Made by a program: the position numbers and the translations under genes
The notes under the pieces: generated by a model
Told to the model about the DNA's origin: nothing
Databases searched by the model: none
The model's input: only the letters and a program-made list of their open reading frames with translations
From: Owenia fusiformis
Lineage: Eukaryota
Assembly: GCA_903813345.2 (NCBI GenBank)
Contig: CAIIXF020000001.1
Coordinates: 41,044,001 to 41,108,000 of the forward strand
Reading direction: 5' to 3'
Length of the DNA stretch: 64,000 nt
Shown here: piece after piece, positions 39,501 through 59,416 of the stretch
Position numbering within the stretch: position 1 is the stretch's first letter
How the letters are laid out: every line of letters begins with the position of its first letter

Positions 39501-42500
39501 GATGTAGGAATGGGGGCTGTCCTATTACAAGAAAAGGATGGTATTGATCATCCAGTGTGTTATTATTCAAAGAAATTTGATAAACATCAGAAAAACTACT
39601 CCACCATAGAAAAGGAATGTCTAGCATTACTTCTGTCATTACAACATTTTGAAGTATATGTTAGTGCACCAGTTCATGCAGTTACTGTATTTACTGATCA
39701 CAATCCGCTGACATTCCTTCATAGAATGAAGAACAAGAATCGTAGATTGTTGAGGTGGAGTCTGTTATTGTCAGAGTACAATCTTGACATAAGACACATC
39801 AAAGGCAAGGATAATTTAATTGCTGACACTCTTTCAAGAGTGTAATGTCTCTATTTTTTAAGAGGCTATTTGACTTATACTGCAATTGCCTAAGGCTTTG
39901 TGTTGATATAATAAAAGGATTGTACTTAGAGTGTGATTTGATAATATTATTGTAATATGTTTTTTATTGTATTTGACTATTGTAAACAAATGTTATGTAA
40001 GTCTCAACCTCATCTTGTAATTGTAACCCTCGCTACACCAGATATTATTGTAAAAGTTTTTCATTGTATTCAAAACTTTTCTTTTAAGGAGGGAGGTGTT
40101 ACAGTATTACATTCTATTATATTCACATTAAGTTTAGTTTATCAATATGCATATACTGTAACTGATCTTCATTAGAGATCTTAGGTCAAGGTCACAATGA
40201 CATTATATCTTGTAAACATAACTGAACTGAATGACTCATTAACTCTTGGCCTTCTAGAAAGTACTGGAACTTTAATCATTTAAACAAGATTGAATCATGT
40301 GACTTAAGATGTCCAATCAGTGTTATTTTCTAGAAATCGTAACTTCTTGAAACATCTGGACTTTGCCTTTGAACTATATAATGAGAGAGCTGATTTGGGC
40401 TGTTAGCAGAATTTCAAAGTTGATCAAAGGACATCTTCTTAGCGGAATATTACAGACACCTACTGTGGGAACATTTATAACACTACAAACACACAACCTG
40501 AGGACTTTATATGGACATATATTACAACATACACTATATACGGATTATCATATACATTCGTGGATTATCATAAACATTTGTGGATTATCATCAAACATTA
40601 TTGGATACAAACATTATAGGATTACAACAAATATTATTGGATTATTACAAACGTTGGAGAACTATTAACGATTATTGAAACATTTCGTGATCTGGAACAT
40701 TCTCAAGGATCGTCAACGACATCTATCAACATCAAGAATAAGCCGTATCATTGATTGGACATCACTTAAGTATTAAACCTCCTTTATATTATTGTTATAT
40801 TATTTAGTTTTCAAAATATAAATATATTGTTATCATATTTTAATTGCTGTTTTTACTCTCTGTTATTTTCGAACGTAACACATCTCAACCCTTGGTCAAC
40901 TCAACCCTTAGTCAAGTCGACCCGAATGATTTTACTTGTTTTAAGTAGATTAAAATACAATATAATCCCATTGTTTGTGCAGTTTGATTTGAAATCAAAC
41001 TTCAAAGAAAACAACATTTCTGTCACCTATAGATCAAAACGAAGATTTGAACTGGATCATAAAATCCCAATCTGATTGTTTGACACCTGACATATGAATA
41101 AGATAATGGAAAATAGAAAAACATTAATCCCATTGTTTGTTCAGTCTTGTTTTAAAATCTTACTTCAAAAAAATAAACATTTCTATCGCCTGTAGATCAG
41201 AAGGAAGATTTGAACTGGATCATATTGCTTATTGTTATAAAATCCTAATCTTGTTATTTATGACACCTGACATGGGCACGATAAAGGAAATTGTAAAATC
41301 ATAAATCCCATTGTTTGTTTAGTCTTGTTTTAAAATTTAGCTTCAAAAAATAAACATTTCTATCGCCTATAGATCAGAAGGAAGATTTGAACTATATCAT
41401 ATCACGCCCGGTGATCGCACTAAAATGATGGAGGGGTGGGGATTAGGCGATTTCTGCAAGAAAACTCAACAAATTAGGAAGATTTTTTTTTTCAAGAGAA
41501 AATTTACAACTGAATTGCCAAATGAATAGGCGCAGTGCATGGCAAAATATGTTAGGTCATCTACTATTTTTTTTGAACTGATACCGTTTTAAGATATGAG
41601 ATCTATTAAAAAAGGCGCATCATCACCAACGTGCAAAAGTCAATGTTTTTGCTATAAATCGGGCAACAATGGTCATCACGACCTGTAATAAATAGGTATA
41701 AGGGACGTTATTATCACAATCCTTATGACATTGCTCACTTTTTAAATTTAGTTTCCATGCGTGAAATATATGTATAGCACCGTGAATAGCCCTATTAAGA
41801 TTAATCAAATATTATTTTGGTAAATAAATGTCATATTTATAAAAATTATAAATGCGCTAAGCACAAACTTCAATAGTTGATAATTTTATTTTGGAAAATT
41901 AGCATTTTAGTCCCTCTCAAAATTCAAAATTCATCAATATCATACCATGAAAATAGTATATCTATTTTTTTTATGGTGGGGTCGAGTTGACTAAGGGTTG
42001 AGATGACCAAGGGTTGAGATGACTTGGGGTCGAGTTGACTAAGGGTCGAGATGACTTGGGGTCGACTTGACTAAGGGTCGACTTGACTTGGGGTCGACTT
42101 GACTAAGGGTTGAGTTGACTTGGGTTGAGTTGACTTGGGGTTGAGTTGACCAGTTACCCTGTACAACTCCCATGATACAACTAATATCACAGCATTTTCA
42201 GTTTACAGAATTCATGCATTCCTTGATTTCAGAGAAACCATCCAAAAGTCTGAAAACAAAGAGCAACCGTCACCAGACATTGTTGTGGATGCTTTACTCA
42301 AGGAATGCAAGAAGGAGAATGTAGTCTACAAGACAGCAGCCCTCAAATGCACTGGAGAGATTCTAGAAGCCTATGAAATAGACCGTTATGGGGACATTTT
42401 AGAAATTCTCAATCCACTGTTGAATCCAGTAAGTAAAATATCTTGAATTAAAAATACACAACTTAATATATTATGTCATTGGTCACATGTGTTAAACTAT

Positions 42501-44711
42501 CCACAATACATAATCAACATTAGCCTTAACATTAGTATTCCCCTAAGCAAAACTACACAATTTAACATAATTATGTTGTATTCTGAAAACAAAACTACAC
42601 ATCTTAATTTATTCATGTTGTATTCTCAAAGTGAGACTACACATCTTGTTCTATTCTCAAACCAAAACTACACAACTCAACTTAATCTTGTTATTTTCTC
42701 AAATCAAAACTACACAACTTAACATGATCATGTTGTATTCTTAGAGTAAAGGAGACACAGAAGATGATGACAAAGATGATAAGAATGCTAGGTTTGACTT
42801 ACAATGTGTTGCCTTTGAGTGCCTTGGACAGGCTTGGCCAAAACAAAAAGTTACACAAGGTAAAATGTACTCTCCAGGTCATATGTAAAAACTGGTTGTG
42901 AGTTAGTGATTGTTCATTAATCTGTTAATGCATTTCCATTGGAGCATTGATCTTATCTTTGTAATGTTTGTATGTAATGTATACAGTGTTCCCATAAATG
43001 TTTCACTTTACTTTTTGTGTTAAAGTATGTAATCATTTTTGTTTTGTTTTGCGTTTCATTCGCCACTGCCTTTGTCTTTAATGTAAGGTTATGGCTGATT
43101 ATGTGACCATATCATGTGGGTTTGCTTACCGATACTTACACATACTTGTACATGTTGGTCCTAAACTCATTAAACTAAGGCGATATAAGATATTCCATCA
43201 TTTTTTTATTTTATTTTAGATACACATCAATGCAGTAGTTGTGCACTCCTGTCTGAGAGATTAACTGCTTCATCATGGAAGGTCCAAATAGCTATTGTTA
43301 AAACCCTTAACAAGCTCATAGATAGGTGAGCATTTGCTATGAACTTAAGCACAAGGTATTGAATTCTGTGCCACAATTCTTGTGCAGTGTGTGTAATTTC
43401 AAAGAGAATGTAATTTTGTGACAGTATCTTAAGGTGGGATCAGAGATAGACATCAACTTGTCTCGTCTTATTCAGTATTGAATACACTGTCTCATATCAT
43501 ACGATTTCATATATTTTTCTTAAAATCAACAAACTTCATGTGTCATTCAGTGATTTTCAAGGATGTTTAAAAACATATTAATTTTGTCCTCGTAAACTAA
43601 ATGTGGCTATACCCATATTTATGATTTTGGCCTAACTGCTATGCAGTAATCATTCAGATCTCTTTCATTCTTATTCTCTCTAATTCTTAAAGAATTTCAA
43701 GATTTCAGTATTCCAGTATTTACATTGACTTTTATTTCATTTTTTGATTTTTAGAAGAAAGGATTTATCAAAACAATTAAATATATTTTGAATGGATATA
43801 TGAATAAAATTATGGAGTCATTTCAAGATGAATCTTGATTGTGTTCATTTGCTTCTGTTGTATTATTAGATTGCTGATACTAGAAGATGATACACTACGT
43901 GGTAACCATAGTTACTTAGATGCCATCATAACATCAATTACGCCATCTATATGTATATGTTTAGGTAAGCAATTTTATAATAATCACGTTTGTTACATTT
44001 TCAATGCTTGTTTGCCACCTATTTGCAAGAGTGACACTTGAAATCTTTACTTACTCATGTCTAAGTTCATATATATGAATGATATTTAACTTGTTCATAT
44101 TGTTTCAGGTAATATTAAGTATGCAGGACTTCGGAAAGAATGTCTAGGTGTCCTGGAAACACTCACAAAAAAGCTCAGCAGTAAGTACTGCAGTAATATA
44201 AATATACTGTATATTGGTCTAACTTAACATTAACTCCAAAGGTATTATTTGAATGTCCCTCTGCCAATATTTTTATTGTAGTTTTAGAAGTAAGATCCTT
44301 TCAATTAGTTTTTTCTTTTAACTTATTTGAGGGGAAACTGATTGTTTCTTCTGAATAATCAATGTCCTGTTTTATTCAAAATTGTTGCTTCAGTAATTTC
44401 TATTGAGTTTTCAGTCCATTTATGTCTAGAGATGTTTCTTTGAGCCAATGTGTGTAAATATTTTGCTTTTACCTTTTTTTGTGCTCAGATACAAGAGCAT
44501 TTAAAAGTTAAATCATATACTTAAGCTATTTTGTTAAACTACTGTATGTTGCTTTAACTTGTGTTTTTCAGAGCTATCCTGTCTAGATATACTACCCCCT
44601 GGTCCATGTGCTCAGCTACGGGACTCTTTGAAAGCTTTGGAAAATGACAGCCAACCAGAGTTGAAACACAAAGCATTAGATCTATACAAAATAATACCAA
44701 ATAAGGAATGA
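514..44711 (+). CDS. ECPAS: Proteasome adapter and scaffold protein ECM29 (HEAT-repeat), 42 coding exons in window; ATG exon not found, probably upstream
   Basis: GT-AG exons: 514-644, 933-1049, 1326-1444, 1790-1939, 2112-2226, 2549-2887, 3425-3510, 3763-3841, 4172-4288, 5015-5137, 5573-5676, 5871-6000, 17730-17810, 18020-18221, 18886-18977, 19206-19340, 20083-20275, 20802-20992, 21274-21375, 22597-22797, 24414-24528, 24906-25020, 25462-25530, 25672-25789, 26299-26469, 26708-26787, 27138-27291, 27738-27859, 28038-28200, 28325-28384, 28874-28963, 29236-29302, 29661-29752, 32098-32164, 32517-32756, 33030-33228, 42233-42428, 42745-42859, 43220-43325, 43870-43964, 44109-44180, 44572-44711 (TGA). 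Total 5453 nt with consistent phases. Recognisable ECM29 motifs: [115 protein letters not shown]. Confidence 0.93.
7750..11822 (-). CDS. Nested antisense gene: secreted protein with signal peptide and two von Willebrand factor A (VWA) domains, about 507 aa
   Basis: Exons 11822-11594, 10262-9657, 9278-8805, 8336-8172 and 7799-7750 are joined by phase-1 GT-AG introns; the internal exons (606, 474, 165 nt) are multiples of 3. The N-terminus [23 protein letters not shown] is signal-peptide-like. Domain 2 has MIDAS motifs [11 protein letters not shown]...TNTADAL...IIATDG. Domain 1 ([10 protein letters not shown]...TALD...VTYTDG) is a degenerate VWA. An acceptor at 11836 implies an upstream 5'UTR exon. 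Confidence 0.85.
10436..10938. repeat. Double-hairpin interspersed element, unclassified
   Basis: Inverted repeat about 10436-10468 / 10761-10790, followed by a long stem-loop at 10795-10938. Similar stem-loop architecture occurs at 4526-4590 and 33514-33780. Confidence 0.55.
11115..11473. mobile_element. Tc1/mariner-like MITE
   Basis: TA-flanked imperfect TIRs: tacagaggccaattcagaagttctgataaaaat ... atttttatcagaacttctggatcggcccttgta; no ORF. Confidence 0.6.
13305..13668 (+). mobile_element. HINE/DINE-1-like element, short copy of the 29844-31970 family
   Basis: Same 5' end (atgtcaccacc..gtggtgacatattgttatggtctccg) and 3' end (ggtgacattttgtcatg..aatgccttgt), with only about 2 monomers. Confidence 0.7.
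14087..14142 (-). promoter_or_regulatory. Candidate TATA box and short non-coding first exon of the nested VWA gene
   Basis: On the minus strand, TATATATA (14142-14135) is followed about 50 nt later by a consensus donor AAG|GTAAGT (14087/14086). The VWA gene has an unpaired acceptor just before its ATG. This pairing is inference only. Confidence 0.3.
14200..14336. repeat. 16-bp minisatellite (tgttcgttcattggtc), about 8 copies
   Basis: Directly visible tandem array. Confidence 0.9.
14667..14745 (+). pseudogene. 79-bp genomic copy of the 3' half of ECM29 exon 24906-25020 plus its donor and intron start
   Basis: 76 of 79 nt are identical to 24962-25040. Confidence 0.9.
14746..15152 (+). mobile_element. 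Internal fragment of a non-LTR retrotransposon ORF2 (end of APE endonuclease plus linker)
   Basis: ORF 14731-15189 has the APE terminal motif LSDHCAI followed by the usual W...KKWYNLSC linker of LINE ORF2. Confidence 0.65.
15682..15986 (+). mobile_element. 3' fragment of the HINE-like family found at 48737-50190
   Basis: 15735-15986 is a near-identical reverse complement of 48737-48990. Confidence 0.75.
17318..17509. mobile_element. Short MITE with 12-bp TIRs
   Basis: catgggcgtagc...gctacgcccatg, flanked by ccagt on both sides. Confidence 0.55.
18451..18836. mobile_element. Long-TIR MITE (TA ends, arms about 120 bp), family with 3 copies in window
   Basis: tagagtccatttcactgcttcatttcg...cgaaatgaagcagtgaaatggactcta; homologous copies at 57001-57395 and 58282-59416. 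Confidence 0.85.
20428..20720 (+). mobile_element. Degenerate HINE/DINE-1-like element
   Basis: 5' ttatcccacgaagttcg..ggatatagg, (tcca)n microsatellite, and 3' end gagatttgctactccttggagttgc, matching the layout of 23014-23968. Confidence 0.6.
21396..21537. mobile_element. Palindromic MITE-like hairpin, about 140 bp
   Basis: cctgggtcacattcgctccgat...atcggagcaaatgtgaccaagg; the inner arms also pair. Confidence 0.6.
23014..23968 (+). mobile_element. HINE/DINE-1-like (Helentron-associated) non-autonomous element with internal tandem repeats of about 130 bp
   Basis: Subterminal inverted repeat atcccatcgaac / gttcgatgggat, (gtcc)n microsatellite near the 5' end, about 4 monomers at 23410-23910, and a short 3' stem-loop gctacgc-tttg-gcgttgc. 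Confidence 0.75.
24203..24352. mobile_element. Short MITE with TIRs of about 30 bp
   Basis: tgttacccctcgtaaaaggtctgtta...taacagaccttttacgaggggtaaca. Confidence 0.65.
25899..26206. mobile_element. MITE with TA-CAC...GTG-TA ends and internal gagtactc-like subrepeats (possibly CMC/EnSpm-like)
   Basis: tacacatggagatatg...catatctccctgtgta. Confidence 0.5.
26619..26691. repeat. (TATAT)n microsatellite
   Basis: Directly visible. Confidence 0.8.
29844..31970 (+). mobile_element. HINE/DINE-1-like element carrying a satellite array of about 1.9 kb (about 15 monomers of 125-140 bp)
   Basis: Subterminal inverted repeat atgtcaccacc / ggtggtgacat, GC-rich microsatellite (ggcgtcc/ggcggtt), monomer tttcaaaatcatctacatgttctcagaaattcaaatctgac...cttcaaattgact, and 3' end aatgccttgt. 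Confidence 0.8.
33973..34756 (+). repeat. 5' LTR
   Basis: tgttacag...cgtaaca; no difference from the 3' LTR seen by eye; TATA-like tatataa at 34251 and attaaa near 34648. Confidence 0.95.
34762..34778 (+). promoter_or_regulatory. Primer-binding site complementary to the tRNA-Pro 3' end
   Basis: TGGGGGCTCGTCCGGGA matches 17 of 18 nt of the classic tRNA-Pro PBS used by MLV and lies 5 nt after the LTR. Confidence 0.85.
34869..39845 (+). CDS. Gag-Pol polyprotein, order Gag(CCHC)-PR-INT-RT-RNaseH, 1658 aa from ATG
   Basis: Uninterrupted ORF with zinc knuckle [14 protein letters not shown], protease LRDTGA, integrase HHCC (HDSPMAGH...CHTC) and DDE (IDCVG, SDQGSNF, GALERYH), RT ([13 protein letters not shown]) and RNase H (ADASD, EKECLA, TDHNPL, ADTLSR). 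Confidence 0.95.
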   Translation: MSFEVETFLEAPSLEEFDDLKKTELLAIAKHVGLSVKSSYKKDTIKNFVLQYLVAESLLPEQPAQHVDPVDPIKLKELEIREKELEIQKEREIRELREKELEIQNEREKRESEKEIRLRENERQMREQEIQREIELKRLEIEAQSKTDEHATMHQHFENRFDASKFLKFVPKFQEKNVDKYFTHFEKVAQSLDWPKSAWPVMLQSVFIGKASEIFASLSGEVCSDYDLVKNAILKAYELVPEAYRQKFRNAHKQSDQTHVEFAREQEQLFDRWLVSKDVSEEFKKLRELMLIEQFKNCVQYHIRTYLDEHKVETLSQAATLSDDYALTHKGSFIKGNPNYRGYQGNKPSYDSKSNQSSSSNTSNKAKDQSNSSQSFSSKSDQSNSSGPKSNVTCNYCKKPGHLISECYRIKNRREMSGSAHSNGCATVPISRKPIVWDSYTHTEKSTHSDIMEDYKPFMSEGSVSLSSDDTNSKPVKILRDTGASQTLLLEGVLPLSEESFTGTHILMQGIELGFTKVPLHRIHITSELVKGPVIVGVRPQLPVEGVALLLGNDLAGGKVSLDPIVSDQPCSIEDSVQEDSDIYPACAVTRAMAKKLADSGDSSVGDDFDSGFLSSLFDDECHSPLVKDDPYPILKANSSLKQPSVRAKQSSIEANSSLKKPIARGDSPSEQDHYFNAVSPALASPDEVSSSSASVHEVSSPPCSEVSSSISDSDSLKNDPHSKHMLIYEQEHDPSLIDLHKRCLTIDEADKVPVCFYKKDGILMRKWRPPEASPEDDWAIVHQIIVPKSYHKEILSLAHDSPMAGHLGVTKTYHKILNHFYWPKLKQDVQEYCRSCHTCQMVGKPNQKIPTAPLHPIPAFDEPFSKVLIDCVGPLPKTKSGNQYLLTILCMATRFPEAIPLRNIKAKNIVKSLIKFFTLVGLPKDLQSDQGSNFMSGLFQQVMDTLGIKQCKSSAYHPESQGALERYHQTLKTMIRAFCFEYEKDWDEGIPLLLFATREAKQESLGFSPFELVFGHSVRGPLKLLKEKWLTETERFNLLNYVTGFKERLSKACEIAKENLLKSQDKMKTWYDRKVKERSFQPGDKVLILLPLQTNPLQAKFFGPYVVDSKVNDLNYIVKTPDRRKETQLCHINMMKRYFEPDKEHDSVKPVVTLAPALVKETDLQDSDDINCTDLDYEDIKGLSRLKNSEVLSNLDHKLHHVTNDQKRQVTDLIHEFTDIFSDVPTKTSIAYHDVEVQDVTPIKQHAYRVNPSKSEDLRAEVNYMLENDIIEKSNSPWSSPAFIVPKSNGGRRLVVNYIKVNRVTKTDSYPIPRIDDCIDKIGTAKYVSKFDLLKGFLGVPLTERAKQVSAFVTPDGLYQFKVMPFGMKNAPATFQRMMNGLLADLENTGVYIDDVIVYSDTFDEHMCLLRKLFERISLANLTINLAKSEFCKATVEYLGHVVGQGHVKPVSAKVESIIQLPAPTNKKELMRSLGMAGFYRKFCPNFSSIALPLTNLLGKNIKYVWSEQCHTAFDKIKAILSEQPVLVAPDFSKQFKIQADASDVGMGAVLLQEKDGIDHPVCYYSKKFDKHQKNYSTIEKECLALLLSLQHFEVYVSAPVHAVTVFTDHNPLTFLHRMKNKNRRLLRWSLLLSEYNLDIRHIKGKDNLIADTLSRV
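40086..40096 (+). other. Polypurine tract
   Basis: aaggagggagg directly before the 3' LTR. Confidence 0.85.
40097..40880 (+). repeat. 3' LTR
   Basis: 784-bp copy of 33973-34756. Confidence 0.95.
42550..42744. repeat. Degenerate minisatellite of about 40 bp, 5 copies, whose last unit supplies an ECM29 acceptor
   Basis: Units read aaactacaca...tgttgtattct; the last one ends ...tattcttAG at 42744. Confidence 0.6.
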
Positions 44712-45772
44712 TATGAATACAATATAATATGATATGAACTAAATATGTTATTCTGCAACTGACCTCTCAGATTAATTAGCGAGGAACTCGAAGAAATACT
44801 GAACAGCAATGATATTGTTTCGGGAAATAACAACCTTGATGCATTGTGGTGTTAATATTCAGGAACTCTGTTTGAAATGAAATGGAATAAATTATGAACA
44901 CATACAAACTTGATCTTATGTTGATATCAATCCTCACACCTCGCATATGATTGAAATCTTTATTTTTTAGTCAATAGTTAAGTGGCGATGCAAGTATAAT
45001 AGAGGTGATTATCAATGAATATTCATAATGCTTTAATCAACATGATGTCATTTGAATGTTTCTCACTATCTCATGTGCTAGTTAATGACCAATGATGTGA
45101 TAAATAAAAAAAGATTCTTTGCCAAACATTTACGCCAATCCAGGGTAGATAGTAGATAACAGATGTACAATGCAGTGAAAGCTGCGTAATTGGAACACCT
45201 CAAAAATGTGTTCCACTTTGGAAGTGTTCAAAGAATCATTTTGAGAAACTAATGGGTGGAGTTGATTATGGTAGTTAAGTCCAGTATTCATCATACAATA
45301 CGTAATGCTTGATTTCTCAGTTGTAAAAATGACATTAGATAAGGAGAGCATGGGAAACCTATACTTGGCTCATACATAATGAATTTATTCTTAATCATGT
45401 AATCTTTTCAATGTTTACTATTATATAACAAGAACAAGATATTTGTTGACAGAAATTACACATTACCATTCCATTTTTATTTAGCAAAGGCCTATTATAA
45501 ATTTATAGACTGTAAGGCAAGTTCACACAATTCAAAGCATAAAATCACAAAAAAAGAACAACAAATTAAAACATACATAATCAAATCAAAAACAGAGAAA
45601 TAATGTACCCAAATTAACATTTTATTATTAAAGAATCCATATCATTCATGTCATAGTAAATGTAATTCTAACTTCCCCTTTGTACATTGGTTAAAGCAAG
45701 TGTAAACAAGCGTGTATAATAAAGTCCCAGGGTTGTATTTGTAATACACTCAATATAGATTCATTGAAGAAG

Positions 45773-57753
<11,981 letters not shown>

Positions 57754-58000
57754 CTTCGCCTTATAATTCCACAATTACTACAGGAAAATATTTGAAGGTG
57801 AAATGTGTCAAATACGAAAGTAGGTCAAACTACGATGCTGACGCCATCTGGCGAAGAAAAAATTTACAGCTGATTCGAATGATAGTTTCATGAATTTATT
57901 AATTTTTCTTCAGTTTAGAGGAGTACTTCTTTCACAACTATGTGTTTGAAACATTCTTGATTATGTTGAGCCAACTGTGGTTCTCGAAAAAATGTAAGTA
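57754..58000. promoter_or_regulatory. Candidate bidirectional promoter for PGM1 and SNX19, with a CTCF-like motif
   Basis: PGM1 ATG at 57753 (-); plus-strand donor GTAAGT at 57994; an acceptor at 61183 upstream of the SNX19 ATG; motif tcgccagatggcgtca (-) at about 57839-57854. Confidence 0.4.
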
Positions 58001-58281
58001 ATGCACAAATCATGTCTAAATGTTGAAAATATATGATTAATTTTTCGTCTTGAGATTTTTCTTTTTTTCATTTTTTGAAATAGGCTAGATCTAGCCTAGA
58101 CTATTGAAGAATCAGTCACATGATTGCTTCAGCTATGGAATTCAAGTCACAAGGATCAACTGTGATATGTTATTCATTCTGAATACTTACCACTTACTCG
58201 GAGAATACTTTATCATCTAAAGTATTACAACATTTCCGACCAAATGATTTATATTATCATGGACTTCCTTCAATTATAGTC

Positions 58282-59416
58282 TAGAGTCCATTTCACTGTT
58301 TTATTGCGTCAGTAGAACCCCAAAAATAAGAAATCGGGAGACCATTGTGCAATAATATATGGAAAAGTAGATTCATATTGTATATATATATCTTTTATTG
58401 ACTCTTAGAATGTCATGGTATGACATATTAGTCAGCATGAATGACATTTGTTAGCCTTGCCCAAGTCGGTATTTTTTACTTATCTGATCTTGAATTATTA
58501 CCGCCTTGTACAATCCAATACATCTCTGCTGATATTATGCTGAGATATTCAACGGTTTCGAGATTTCCATAATACCTACGCTATCAGGGGTATCGCGAAA
58601 CCTTATTGATTGACAGGTATACGCGTGGACACGACGTGTGACTTCAGGCTGATTGACCAATCAAAATGTTATCAGGTTGACCTGCATAAGCAAAGCAATC
58701 TTCCCGTCTACGACTTGAAATTCAATGATCTGATCGATCGTTTCTTTAGAGTTACAATATATAATATAATTAAATGTACATAGGGAATGTAAGAGTCATT
58801 AATATAAATTAAATCATGCATTAGATTTAAAACTGATTTCGCGATGAAAATGCAAGACCTAGTCCAATGTAGCGGGTCATGTAGTCGTTGGTCAGTGAAT
58901 GAATCTCAGCATACATGTTCATTTGAATTCAGCGATCGTTTCAACGTTTATTTGTGAAATCTTCTCACCTCCGGTTACCGATCGATGCTCCGGCATCCAC
59001 TAAACTCTGATTGATATTTATCTGATAAAATATTTGTATTTTCATGATGAATTCATGCAAGATTTGTTCGTGAAAAGTCCCGGCGAAAAGTGTACTTGTT
59101 TTTGACCGTGCATAATAATGAGCTAACGCTGCAGGGCCGTCGTTGATTGGTCAAATTTTACCGACATAAACATTGAGTCTGTAAAGCACGTGGCTTTCTC
59201 TTTGGTACAAGTCGACTTGGGCAAGGCTAGACATTTGTATATTTCAAATTTCTATTTTTTGTGCAATAAATAAATAACATGGCAGAGAAGCATCCATATA
59301 TAAGAGGCCACACACTTTATAAGTCAAACTAAAAGCAATCAAAGATATACAAATGTCATTCATGTACAATAGGAACATAATTTCCATATATTATTGCATG
59401 ATGATATTTTGATTTC
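58282..59416. mobile_element. Long-TIR MITE, copy 3, interrupted and right-truncated
   Basis: Homology to 18451-18836 resumes at 59230 after a nested insertion. Confidence 0.75.
58452..59229. mobile_element. 778-bp non-autonomous DNA transposon with perfect 17-bp TIRs and 9-bp TSD (MULE-like)
   Basis: tagccttgcccaagtcg...cgacttgggcaaggcta; TSD gacatttgt at 58443-58451 and 59230-59238. Confidence 0.8.

Larger units (their letters stand above)
33973..40880 (+). mobile_element. Full-length Gmr1-like Ty3/Gypsy LTR retrotransposon
   Basis: Two 784-bp TG...CA LTRs, 4-bp TSD CATC (33969-33972 and 40881-40884), PBS, PPT and a single gag-pol ORF. Confidence 0.95.
33832..42158. mobile_element. Foldback/MULE-like non-autonomous DNA transposon (about 1.4 kb net) with subrepeat TIRs, interrupted by the LTR element
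   Basis: 9-bp TSD ctgtacaac (33823-33831 and 42159-42167). Arms of about 185 bp are built of 15-17-bp units (aagtcaactcgaccc). The left arm 33832-33972 plus 40885-40923 mirrors the right arm 41978-42158. Three internal tandem units of about 170 bp lie at 40965-41400. Confidence 0.85.

Noticed and set aside
39846..40085. Possible env or extra ORF after pol
   Set aside because: Only about 240 bp lie before the PPT, and the 72-aa ORF runs into the LTR.
41403..41634. Possible second CAC...GTG MITE inside the foldback element
   Set aside because: The inverted match is short and imperfect and I see no TSD.
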